This document shows positions 24,665-37,912 of a DNA stretch of 64,000 nt, piece after piece. Each line of letters starts with the position of its first letter. The first letter of the stretch is position 1. The position numbers and the translations under genes were made by a program. The DNA is from Dictyostelium discoideum (taxonomy: Eukaryota): assembly GCA_000004695.1 (NCBI GenBank), contig CM000154.2, forward strand, positions 2,144,001 to 2,208,000, in the 5' to 3' direction. The notes beneath the pieces were generated by a model, which was not told the origin of the DNA, made no database searches, and was given only the letters and a program-made list of their open reading frames with translations.

Positions 24665-24857
24665 ACAATTAATAAATATGTTGTATTTTATTTAAACTTA
24701 TATTATAAAAAAAAAAACAATAACCTTTTTATTTCCAATCAAGTTATTTTTTTGACTTTATTTTTATTTCTTTTTTTTAATAAGTGTATATTTATATAAT
24801 ATTAAATGTTTTTTAATTTTTTAATTTTATTGTTTTTTTTTTTTTTTTTTTTTAATT

Positions 24858-25949
24858 TTAAATATTTCCATCTTCTAATGCTACTTGAAGTATTCTTGAT
24901 AATTCTAAGAATCTATTTGCAAAATTTGGATGATTTTGCATAGCGATATTCATTAATTCAATACCACCAGAACGAGCTATTGTTAATTTATTTTTAGGAT
25001 TACATGAAAGGTTTTTCAAGGCACCTCTACCTTGCATTTGAACACCACTATGGAAAGGATGATTTCTCATTGCCTTTAGGATTAAATTGATACCACCTTC
25101 ACGAGCAATTGTTTCTTCATTTGCTTCATCTTGATAAGCTAAATTGATGAGAGCAGCACAACCTTCATCTTGAACGTCTGGATCATCTGGATGATTTGAC
25201 ATTGCACCCAAAACCAATTGAATACCATTTTGACGAGAGATCATATTTTTATTATCTTCATTACGAGCCAAATTTCTAAGAGCACCACAACCATTCAATT
25301 GTAAATCAGGATGAGAAGAAAAGGATCTCATTGCACGTAAAATTAAACCGATACCACCTTCTTTTGCACTTAAAACCTTATTACTATCGTTACAACCTAA
25401 ATTTCTTAGGGCACCACAACCTTGTGTTTGAATTCCAATATGATTTGGATGATTTTTCATTGCGGTTGCAATCGATTGAATACCACCCTCAATTGCCACT
25501 CTACTTTCACTAACATCATTACGTGCAAGATTTCTCAATACAAAGCTTGTATTATATTGTACACCTGGATTCATCATATGATTTTTCATTGCTTGTAATA
25601 TCAATTGAATACCACCTTGCTCGACAACTGATAGATAGTTATCATTTGAATATAAACCCATATTGTTTGGTGAATCACAAGTTAAATTTCCTAATGCACC
25701 ACATGCATCTTCTTGAACACCGGCATCATATGGATGATTCTTCATTGCTTGTAAAATTAAACTAATACCACCATATCTTGCAATTAAACTTTCATGTTCA
25801 TCCTCTTTTCTTTGTCTATAACTTAATCTCTTTAAAATATAACAAGTTTCTCTTAAAATCATTGGATTATGTAAATTTTCATTCATTACTCCAATAATTT
25901 TTTTAATTTGACCACTTTCATCTGATTTATCAAAATTTTTATAATTATC
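24858..25949 (-). CDS. F-box / armadillo-repeat protein, exon 2 (ARM-type tandem repeats; stop 24860-24858)
   Basis: Acceptor AG at 25951-25950. DNYKNFDKSDESGQIKKIIGVMNENLHNP... followed by about seven 42-residue repeats of the form GGI.LIL.AMKNHP....VQ..GCGALRNL, an armadillo/HEAT-like solenoid. Confidence 0.7.
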   Translation of the reverse strand, partial: DNYKNFDKSDESGQIKKIIGVMNENLHNPMILRETCYILKRLSYRQRKEDEHESLIARYGGISLILQAMKNHPYDAGVQEDACGALGNLTCDSPNNMGLYSNDNYLSVVEQGGIQLILQAMKNHMMNPGVQYNTSFVLRNLARNDVSESRVAIEGGIQSIATAMKNHPNHIGIQTQGCGALRNLGCNDSNKVLSAKEGGIGLILRAMRSFSSHPDLQLNGCGALRNLARNEDNKNMISRQNGIQLVLGAMSNHPDDPDVQDEGCAALINLAYQDEANEETIAREGGINLILKAMRNHPFHSGVQMQGRGALKNLSCNPKNKLTIARSGGIELMNIAMQNHPNFANRFLELSRILQVALEDGNI

Positions 25950-26035
25950 CTAATTTTTTAAAATAAAAAAAATAATAAAATTAATATAATTTAAAAAAAA
26001 ATAACCAAACTAAAAACTATTTATATAAATCTTAC

Positions 26036-26750
26036 AGTTGGTAATCTATCGATATAACATAAAATCATTTTTGATTGAAATGAAGTTGGATTTGACCATC
26101 TTGAATTAAATTGCATAGCATAATATATTCTTGGACAAGTTTGTTCAAATAATAATTCCCAAAATTTGAAAACATCAACAATGTACCAAATTCTTTTACA
26201 AGTTAAACTTATTCTCCAAAGATCATTTGCAGATAAGAAAGATAATAAATGTACCAACATTTCAGTTGGAATTAAAAAGATATCGAATTGATTATTTTCA
26301 TCATAATGATTGGAATTATTATTATTATAGTTTGAAACATTTAATTGATTATTTACATTATTACTACTTTCAATTAAATTACCATTATTTGAATGATGAT
26401 GATGATTATTATTGTTGTTGTTGTTGTGGTTATTAGTGCTACCATTTGAAGATAATCCAAAAGGTGAAATATAAGTTTTTGAAACTGATGGAATTAAAGT
26501 ATTTGGCGAACTATAATTTGACATTGATTTAGCAGTCATTTTGATAAGGAATTTTATTTTTTGAATCGTTTCTTGTTCTGATAAAAAATCGTTTTGATCT
26601 TCTATACCTTCTAAAAAATTAAATTGATTAAAAAGTTCTTCTTCTTGTTGTTCTAGTTGTTGTTTTTGTTTTTTTTGTAATTCTAATTCGTTATCCTCCT
26701 CTAATTTATTAAATTTGGATAGTATACTACTACTACTACTACTACTATTA

Positions 26751-26845
<95 letters not shown>

Positions 26846-27048
26846 TTCTTCTAAAATATAATTTGATGTTGTTGTACTTTTTATAAAATTATTTTGATTT
26901 TCTAAAAGAATTTGTTCAATATAATCCTCTGTAATATTGTTTTTTAAATATCCAATTGTAAATTTAATTATTAAACGTTCAATTAAGTCACTGTTTAAAA
27001 ATGAGTTATTAAAAATGTTCGTATTGGTATTATTACTATCGTTGTTAC

Positions 27049-27082
<34 letters not shown>

Positions 27083-27214
27083 TATATTATTGTTAATACT
27101 ACTATTATTTAACAATGGTTTTTGTTGTAATTTTAAATGTTGTTGTAATTTTAAATGTTTAAATAATAAATTCATTTTAAATAGTTTTTTATTAAATAGA
27201 CTTCCACAATCATT

Positions 27215-27217
<3 letters not shown>
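26036..27217 (-). CDS. F-box / armadillo-repeat protein, exon 1 (ATG 27217-27215)
   Basis: N/Q-rich N-terminal half, then IPTEMLVHLLSFLSANDLWRISLTCKRIWYIVDVFKFWELLF, a canonical F-box (LP.E.L..I.S.L...DL.....VCK.W). Exon ends ..LPT followed by GTAAGA (26035-26030). The ORF track continues to a stop at 26021, but that would miss the in-frame spliced continuation into the ARM repeats. Total 757 aa. Confidence 0.6.
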
Positions 27218-27257
<40 letters not shown>

Positions 27258-27462
27258 TTTTAATAATAAATAATTAATTAATTATTATTATTATGGTCAC
27301 TTTGGATGATAGTTAAAAATATTCTTCCTTTTTCTATGTGTTGTTTTTGCTGTTATTGTTGAAAAGTATTATATTGTTGTTTTTGTTATCGTCTTTATTT
27401 GAGTTTATGTATTAAAAGTTGTTTATATAAATTATATATATATATATATATAAATTATTTAT

Positions 27463-27557
27463 ATGTATGTATGTGTTGGAGTGTGGAAGTGTGTGGGTGT
27501 GTGGTGTGGTTGGAGTGTGGAAGTGTGGGGTGGTGTGGGGGTATGTGTGTGTGTGTA
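27463..27557 (+). repeat. G/T-rich tandem duplication (2 copies of GTTGGAGTGTGGAAGTGTGG.. with GGGG runs)
   Basis: The only G-rich block for several kb, about 250 bp upstream of the F-box/ARM gene ATG. See findings. Confidence 0.8.
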
Positions 27558-27773
27558 GAGACTATGATTTTATATTTGTTTTATTATTTATAAAATAAAA
27601 AAATATAATCACTATAAATTATTGTTTTTATTTATTTTGAATAATTTTGAGGTTATGATCAAATTTAATGGTAAGAGATTTTATGGTTAGTTTTGGTATT
27701 CTTTTTAAATTTTGATTAGTGAGTGATTTTTGGTTAGATAGTGGTATATGTGTGTTTGTTAAATTTGGTTTGA

Positions 27774-27864
<91 letters not shown>

Positions 27865-28145
27865 TTTGTTTCTATAACTTTGGAAACGACAAAGATAGAA
27901 TTTAATATATATATGTATAAAAAAAAAAATAATAAAAAAAAAAAATAAAATAATGAATTAAAAAAATAATTTTTATTATTTTTTAAAATAAAATTTTTAT
28001 TTTAAATAATTTGTTTAATGTTGGGATTGGAAATAAAATTTAATTTTGAATTTAATATATATATTTCCTAATTTATATATATTTATTATTTTTATTTATA
28101 TTTATGACAACTTAAAATTATTATTATTATTTTTTATTATTCTAA

Positions 28146-28226
<81 letters not shown>

Positions 28227-28425
28227 TTTTTTTTTTTTAATTCTATTGCAAGGAGTAGTACAAACACATAAACTTTTTTTTATTTTTTTTTTTATTATTT
28301 TTTTTTATTTAAATTTTATTAATTTTTTATTATTTTTTTAATATAAAACACAAATAATATAATTAAAAAAAAATTACCCTTTTGTTTTAATTCCTCCTAA
28401 ACAATTTGCAATGGAAATGAAATAT

Positions 28426-28468
<43 letters not shown>

Positions 28469-28501
28469 AATAAAAATACCTTTTAAATTTAATATTAAAT
28501 A

Positions 28502-28601
28502 NNNNNNNNNNNNNNNNNNNNNNNNNNNNNNNNNNNNNNNNNNNNNNNNNNNNNNNNNNNNNNNNNNNNNNNNNNNNNNNNNNNNNNNNNNNNNNNNNNN
28601 N
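28502..28601. other. Assembly gap (100 N)
   Basis: Run of n. Confidence 1.
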
Positions 28602-28637
28602 GAGAGTGGTTGCTTAATCTTTAAGATCTGATTTTTG

Positions 28638-28668
<31 letters not shown>

Positions 28669-29023
28669 TTTTTTTTCCCTTAATTACTTTTAATTTCTTT
28701 AGAGCTGAAAATGTCGATCGAAAAAATAATTTATTATTTAAATTTGTTTTAACCTTAATTTTTTATCCACATTAACATTGTTTTTTTTTTTTTTTTAAAT
28801 AAAAAAAAAAATTATATAGGATATTTCCATTTAATATTTATTTTTAAAAATTATTACAATACAAAATAAAATAAATAAATAAAATCGTTATTGAACTTAA
28901 TATTTTTTAACAATTATTTTTTTCCCTTTGAAATTAATGTTTTATTTTATTGAAATTTAAAAAGTTTGATAATCATTACTAATTGATCGTTATTTTTATT
29001 TTTTAATTATTATTATTTTTATT

Positions 29024-29088
<65 letters not shown>

Positions 29089-30328
29089 AGATAAAATAAA
29101 ATAAAATAAAATAAAATAAAATAAAATAAAATAAAATAAAATAAAATAAAATTGAATAAAATAAAATAAAATTAAATAAAACAAAAAAATGAAAAAAAAC
29201 AAAAAAAAAAAAAAAAAAAAAACACTTTGTTTTCTTAAATTTGAGTCTAATACATTATTATATATATATATATATATTATTAATTAAAAAGTTACCTAGG
29301 ATTTTTTTTTATTTGATTATTCTTTATATTAATTTAAATAAATTGTTTAGTTAATTTTTTTTTTTTTTTTTTATTTTTTTATTTTTTTTTTTTTTTTGAA
29401 GAAAAAAATAAAAATAGACCAACTTGAAAAAAAAAAAAACAAATGAAAATATTAATTTGTAAAATTATTTGTTTCGCAAAATAAATTCATAAAAAAGAAT
29501 GATAATTAAATATATCTTTTTTTAAAAAAAAAAAAAAATAAAAAAATGATATGCTCTTGTTTTTATTTAAGAGTTTCTCTACCACATAAATTAATTTTTT
29601 ATTTTTATTATTATTATTTTTTTTTTTTTTTTTTATTATTATTTCTATATATATATTTTTTTTTTTTTTTTTTTTTCACAAAAAAAATTATTATAACTTA
29701 AAAAAATAAAAATAAATAAAAAAAATAAAAATAAAATATATAACACTTATTTTTATTTTATTTTATTTTTTTTTTTTTATTTTTTTATTTTTTTTTTTTT
29801 TAAATAATTTTTTAATTTTTTTTTTTTTAAAGGGGAATTTTTTTTTTTTTTTTTTTTTAACCAAACCAAAAAGGGTAAAAATTTTGGGGGGGCAAAAAAA
29901 ACCACTTTTAACTCCAAATTTAAAAAAGGGGGTGGGACATTTTTAAGTTTTTGGGTTTAAAAACAGATTTTTAACAAGATTAAAAGGGGTTTTAATTTTT
30001 TAATTCAAAAAAAGTAGCCCCCCCGTTCCAAAAAAATTAAAAATTTTAAAAATAAAAAAATTAAAAATTTAAATTTAAATTGAAAAATTAAAATTAAAAT
30101 TAAAAAACCCATTTTAAAATTAAATTAATTAAATAAAAAAATTTTTTAATGGAATAAAAAATTTTAATAAAATTAAAAATTTTTTTTAAATGGTTTAATA
30201 AAATCAATGCTATGGGTTAAAAAAAAAAAAAAAAAAAAAAAGTCCCCTTTTGCTTTTAAAGGTTTATTTTTGTTTTTTTTTTTGGCCAAAAAATTAAGAC
30301 AAAATTTTTATTTATTATTATTATTATT

Positions 30329-30415
30329 TTATATATAGCCTTTTTCTTTTATTAACTTTGCAACGATTGATGCTAATTTATCAGTATCAATAGAATTTTC
30401 ATTTTCAGTTTGTTG

Positions 30416-30454
<39 letters not shown>

Positions 30455-30480
30455 ATTACTGGCACTGTTTGTTTGATATA

Positions 30481-30576
<96 letters not shown>

Positions 30577-30961
30577 GCGATCTCTTTTTATCCAAACTTT
30601 TAAGTTTATCTAAAATATTTTCATTTGATTGTGATTCGGTTGTCGATATAGATACAAAAGGTGCTGATGATGTTGAACTACCACCACTTGAAGGTGATGG
30701 TAAAGATGATGTAGATGTAACTGATATTGGGTCAACAATAGTTGTATGTTGTTGTTGTTGTTGTTGTTGCTGTTGTTGTTGTTTTTGAATTACACTTGTA
30801 TTATTAATAGAACCTGATGAACCAGTTAAACTTTGATTTGAAGAAAAAAAAGATGACTCTAATGTCAAAGGTTGATAGAATTTATATGTCTTCTTTATAT
30901 ATTTATCAAAAAATGGATTATAAATTGAAATTGATGATGTTGGGAATAAAACTTTAATTGT
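30329..30961 (-). CDS. Hypothetical 582-aa protein, exon 5 (stop 30331-30329)
   Basis: Acceptor AG at 30963-30962. TIKVLFPTSSISIYNPFFDKYIKKTYKFYQPLTLESSFFSSNQSLTGSS...poly-Q...poly-N...KLASIVAKLIKEKGYI*. The track ORF begins at an internal TTG. Confidence 0.6.
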
Positions 30962-31051
30962 CTAATAATTATAATAAATAGATTGTTAGTATTTTTATAA
31001 TTTTTTTTTTCTAAATTTTTTGTATTTTTTTTTATTTTTTTTTTTACTTAC

Positions 31052-31876
31052 TTGACAATCTTTTTCTAAATCTAAAAACTTTTGAGTATATTGTGGAAGA
31101 TTATCATTTTCGAAATTCTTTTGAACATCAGAATCTTTAAAATAATCTAAACTTGGAATTAATCTAAAAGTGTGTAATAAATTGACGATATAGGTTTTAC
31201 CAGTTTGAAGTGTTTTCAAAGTTAAAAGATCCATTGTCTTTGAATTTGATTTTCTATACATTGAAACACCATATGCAAATGTCAATGGTGATGTTGAATT
31301 AAACTTTTTAATGAACCATCTAGATAACTTTTCTAAATCAAATTGATTCTTTGATAATAATTGCTTTGCATATAAATCAAACTTTGATGTCGATGTTGCT
31401 GATGAAATTGAATCATTTGATACTGATGGTGAAATAGTGGAATCATTTGAAGCTGATACTGTCTCATTTGTATTAGAAGTAGTAGTACTAGTACTAGTAG
31501 TAGTAGTAGTCGTTGAGGAGGAAGAGGAGGAGGAAGAGCTCTCTTTAATTAATGGTATAACAGTTGCAGACCATTTATTTTGAGAGAAAGTCGAATTTAT
31601 ATTATGTAAAGTACTACTATATAATGTATCAACTTTTGAATAAGAAGGGAATAATTGATTTCTATCTAAATCAGTACCTAAAACAATTTGAATATCATTC
31701 TCTAAATATAAAACTGGATATGATTGAAGGGAATGAAACGAATCTGATCTATGTAATGGAATATGACCAACAACTTGATTATTTGTAAATATTGTCCAGT
31801 ATGCTCTTGTATCATTTGTACCTGTTATATATAATGGACAAGTATATGGATCTTCAAATTTTGTAACTAAATTTTT
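31052..31876 (-). CDS. Hypothetical 582-aa protein, exon 4
   Basis: Acceptor AG at 31878-31877. KNLVTKFEDPYTCPLYITGTNDTRAYWTIFTNNQVVGHIPLHRSDSFHSLQSYPVLYLENDIQIVLGTDLDRNQLFPSYSKVDTLYSSTLHNINSTFSQNKWSATVIPLIKESSSSSSSSSTTTTTTST...KFLDLEKDCQ is an 825-nt open frame. Donor GTAAGT (31051-31046). The ORF track shows only its last 96 codons. Confidence 0.6.
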
Positions 31877-31995
31877 CTATATATACATATATACATGAAT
31901 AATATTGTTAATAATAGTGGTGGTGGTGGTGGTGGTGTGGTGGTGCAAATTAATTTGAAAAAAAATAAAAAAATAAAAAATAAAATAAACCCTAC

Positions 31996-32062
31996 ATGAA
32001 TAATTGAAGAAATATTTTCATATCCAATATCTATTAATGAGCCACTTGATTTTTTAAATATT
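31996..32062 (-). CDS. Hypothetical 582-aa protein, exon 3
   Basis: Acceptor AG at 32064-32063. (K)IFKKSSGSLIDIGYENISSIIH, then the non-consensus donor GTAGGG (31995-31990). This is the weakest junction of the model. Confidence 0.35.
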
Positions 32063-32149
32063 CTATGAGAAAAAAAAAAAAATTTGATAAATTATTAGTA
32101 TGAAAAGAAAAAAGGTACACTATAATATTTATATGTGTATGTTAATTAC

Positions 32150-32209
32150 TTTTGAAATTTTAAAAATGAACTTGAAAAATAGAATCCTAGCCACACTGGT
32201 TCATTTGTA
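32150..32209 (-). CDS. Hypothetical 582-aa protein, exon 2
   Basis: Acceptor AG at 32211-32210. (S)TNEPVWLGFYFSSSFLKFQ then AA, followed by GTAATT (32149-32144). Frame is consistent across the junction. Confidence 0.4.
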
Positions 32210-32252
32210 CTTTTTATTTTAATTATTTTAAAAAAAAAAAAATGATATAAGT

Positions 32253-32294
<42 letters not shown>

Positions 32295-32317
32295 TTTAAA
32301 GTAATTGATATATTTAC

Positions 32318-32481
32318 GATTTTTTAGCTTCGAGTGTTACAACAAATTCGACATGATTCTTTGATAATAAAACTGAAACACCAAATGGAAGTACACCTAA
32401 ATTTGTGCCTTGTGATGATTCATCTTCTAAACTTTTAACCTTTCTAACTGCCTTTGTGCCTTCATAAACATTTAAATTCAT
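32318..32481 (-). CDS. Hypothetical 582-aa protein, exon 1 (ATG 32481-32479)
   Basis: MNLNVYEGTKAVRKVKSLEDESSQGTNLGVLPFGVSVLLSKNHVEFVVTLEAKK then TC, followed by GTAAAT (32317-32312). GC-rich codon usage in an AT desert. Too short (54 codons) to appear in the ORF track. Confidence 0.5.
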
Positions 32482-32976
32482 GTTAAATTCTGTTCTTTTA
32501 TTTGTTTTTTTTTTTTTTTATTCTTTAATTTTTTTTTGATCAATTTTTTTTTTTTTAATAAATATATTTATTTAATATGCATATAATTCTTTGAACATAC
32601 TCAACTTTTAAAAATAAAAAAAAAAAAAAAAAAAAAAACTCACTTTTTTTTTTTTTTTTCATTTTTCAAAAATTTTATTTTTTTTTTAAATTTTTTTTTT
32701 TTAATTTCAATTTTTCATTTTTCATTTTTCATTTTTTTTTTTTTTTTATCTTTCCAATTATACAAAATCGGTTTCTTACAAATTTAAAACAACCCTGATC
32801 CCCTCTATTTTTATTTTTTTATTTTATTTTATTTTTTTTTGGGATCAATATTTGGGGTTAAAATTATTTATTTGGATTAGGAAAGACTTAATTCATCAGA
32901 TCGATTTATTTTTATTTCATCTATTTTTTTTTCAATTATATTCCACATTTGATTAAGAAAATATTTCTTGAAAGGG

Positions 32977-33136
<160 letters not shown>

Positions 33137-34098
33137 GTGTCATGAAATTTGATTTTCCAGCTTTTTGTTTTTTTTTAAAAAAAAAAAAAAAAAAATTTAA
33201 AACTAAAAAAAAGAAAAACAAAAATATTTTGTTTTGATTTGATTATTTGATTATTTGATTATTTATTTTTTATTTTTTTTATTTATAAAGTTTTGGTTAT
33301 GTGTGATTTTATTCATTTAAAAAAATATTTTTTAAATTAACAATATTTACATTTAATTTTTTTACACAGGAGGCCTCCATTTCATTAGATTCTTGAATTG
33401 GAACATGCGGAGCACTAATCATTTTGGATTTATTTGATGAGGGATAATAAGAGGAAAAGAAAAATAAAAAAAATTCTGAATTTTTAAGATTAATCTTAAA
33501 GCACCCAAAAGTTTTTACTTTGTCACAGCGGATATAGAAGATCATCAACCTAAATTAAAATAAACTATTAAAAAAATAAAACACCATTAAATTGGATGGG
33601 GGTGATAGGTTATTTTAATTAAAAAATAGTATTTCCAAAAAAAAAATATTTAATTTGCCAAATTAACATAATTCAAAAATATTCATAACATTGTTTTATG
33701 CTATTGAGTTGGTCAATATTTGAAAATAAAAAAAAATGAAAAAAAAAAAAAAAAATGAAAAAAAAATTTAAATCTAAAATGAAAAAAAAAAAAAATTTGA
33801 AAAATGGAATACGAATTTTTTATTTTTTTCTTTTTTCGTATTTTCATAATTGATTTATTAAAATAATCTTGTGTGTGATTTTATCCAATTATTTTATTTA
33901 TTAGATAAAAAATATATATATATATATACATTAAATTTTAATAGGAATCCTTGGAAAATCTAATTAATAAATTAAAACTGGATTTAAAATAAAATTGTTA
34001 AAATTTTATATTAATTATTATTTTAATTTGATTACCTATTATTTGATTCTTTTTTTATTTCTTTTGAATAACTAAAAAGAAAATAATTTTTTTTTTTT

Positions 34099-34133
<35 letters not shown>

Positions 34134-35220
34134 TATTAACAATAATGAGTTTTTTGAGTGGAAAAGCCACTTTTTTAGATAGTTTTTTTTAATTTTTTTA
34201 ATTTTTTCTTTAATTTCAAAAAAAAAAAAAAAAAAAATTCATTTTTTAATATAAGTTCAATTATTTAGTATTGGTTCTTTTTTTTTTTTTTTTTTTATTT
34301 TTAAATATTAAAATTTTTAAAATTTTAATTTTTATTTTAAATTATAACGACATGTAATAAATTTTTTTTGGAAATAAAGGAAAAAATAAAATTGAACTTG
34401 ATTGAGAGGAAATTTTTAGTGTCTGTTTTTTGTGTTTTGTTTTGTTTCCAAAGATGATTTTTAAAATTTTTTTTTTTTTTTTTTTAATATGAGATTGATT
34501 GTAAAAAAAAAAAAAGAAAAATCTTTTTCGTTGCTGTGTTGGTGTGAGACCAAAGTTTTTTCTCTGTGGTGTGAATCTTCACACTGAAATTATAAATTGT
34601 TAACTCCAATCAAACATTGCGAGTGAAAAAATGAAAAATTTTTTTTATCCAATCAAAGGTTTTTTTTTTAAAAATTAAAAAAAAGATTTTTACCTTTTTT
34701 TGATATTTTAGGAAATTGTTATAACTATAAAGTGTTTTAATTTTTTAAAAAAAAAAACAATAATAAATATAAAAAAAAAAAAAAAAAAAAAATTAAGAAG
34801 TTAAATTTAACTAATATTACTAATTTTTAAAATAAACATTATTTTTTTATTTTTTTTAGAATTGAAAAATGTATATTGATTTTTTTATTATAAATAATTT
34901 TTTAATAATTAAATTTTATTTTAATAATGATAGAGAATTGAGTTTTGTATTTTTAATTATTTTTTTAATTATTTTTTATTTTTTTTGTAAAAATGTAGAT
35001 GGATAATTTAATTATAAAAAAAATAAAAAAAATTTTAAAAAAAAAAAAAAAAATCAAAAAAATTAAAATATGGTACTAATCTGTGTGAAAAAAATATCTG
35101 AATTTTTTTTTTTTTTTTCCATTGGGTGTAGGGAAGGGTGCAATATTGCCAAATCACACAACTGAGTTTATTCATTTTTCGTGCAAATTAGCAAAACTTT
35201 CAGCAAAATGCTACACTTTT

Positions 35221-35252
<32 letters not shown>

Positions 35253-35729
35253 TCTTTTTTTTTTTCTTTTTTAAAAAATTCTAATTTTTACTATAAATAA
35301 TTATTTTTTTTTTTCTTTTTTTTTAACAACAAGCTTATGGGAAAATAAAAAAATAAAAAAAAAAAAAAAAAAAAAAAAAGCCATATATATATTTTTTTTT
35401 TTTTTTTTATTTTATATTTTTTTAGTTAAATAAAGAAATATATTATACATCATAATTCGAAATAACATTTTTGGTTTGCCAATCACCCATATATTTTTTT
35501 TAATCATAATTTTAGTTTGATTTTCAAAAACATTTTTGATTTTTTTCACTTTTTCACTTTTTTTTTTTTTTTTCTATTCAACAATAATTTTTTAAATCAT
35601 AGTAAATAATAATAATAATTTTGTTTTAAATACATTTGTATTGTTTTTTTTTTTCACATACCAAATTTGTTTTTTTAAATCTAAATCAATATTTTTTTAT
35701 TATTAAATTTTTTTTTTTTTTTTTCTTAA

Positions 35730-37312
<1,583 letters not shown>

Positions 37313-37398
37313 GTAAGTGTCATTGAATTACTATAATATTTAATTATTTTTTTCAATTTTACTAATTAGTATTATATATTTTATATTTTAAATTATAG

Positions 37399-37821
37399 TC
37401 TATAACAATGAGAGATCTTATTACATATTTTAATAATACAAAACCAAAAGATAATAATTTTTTAAATGAACAAAGAAATACAAGTAAAATCAAAAGAGTT
37501 TATGATATTACCAATGTTCTAAGTCCATTAGGTCTAATCCGTAAAACCAAATGTCCAAGAGATAGTAGCGATTCTGAGGATGGTAAAAAGATAAATTCTG
37601 TTGAATACAGATATCAATGGATTGCCGAATATGGTTATACATTTGCTAAAAACAATTGTCCATATATCAATGGAAAAGTCACCACTTCAAAAACTACAAC
37701 CACAACAACCACTACCACAACCACTTCAAACAATAAAAATAATAATAACAATAACAACAATAATAATATTAATAATAATAATAATAATAACAATAATATT
37801 AATAATAATAATAACAATAAC

Positions 37822-37912
<91 letters not shown>

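Noticed and set aside
26021-26035. Last 4 codons and stop of track ORF 26021-27217
   Set aside because: The F-box exon ends at a GTAAGA donor at 26035. The spliced frame continues into the ARM repeats, so the stop at 26021 is intronic read-through.
27399-27593. 64-aa plus-strand ORF rich in C, V, W and G
   Set aside because: Translation of the G/T-rich tandem repeat. No start context. Kept as a repeat or regulatory finding instead.
28046-29202. Poly-Y and poly-I ORFs (28046-28240, 28996-29202)
   Set aside because: (TAT)n/(ATT)n microsatellites and (AAAAT)n next to an assembly gap.
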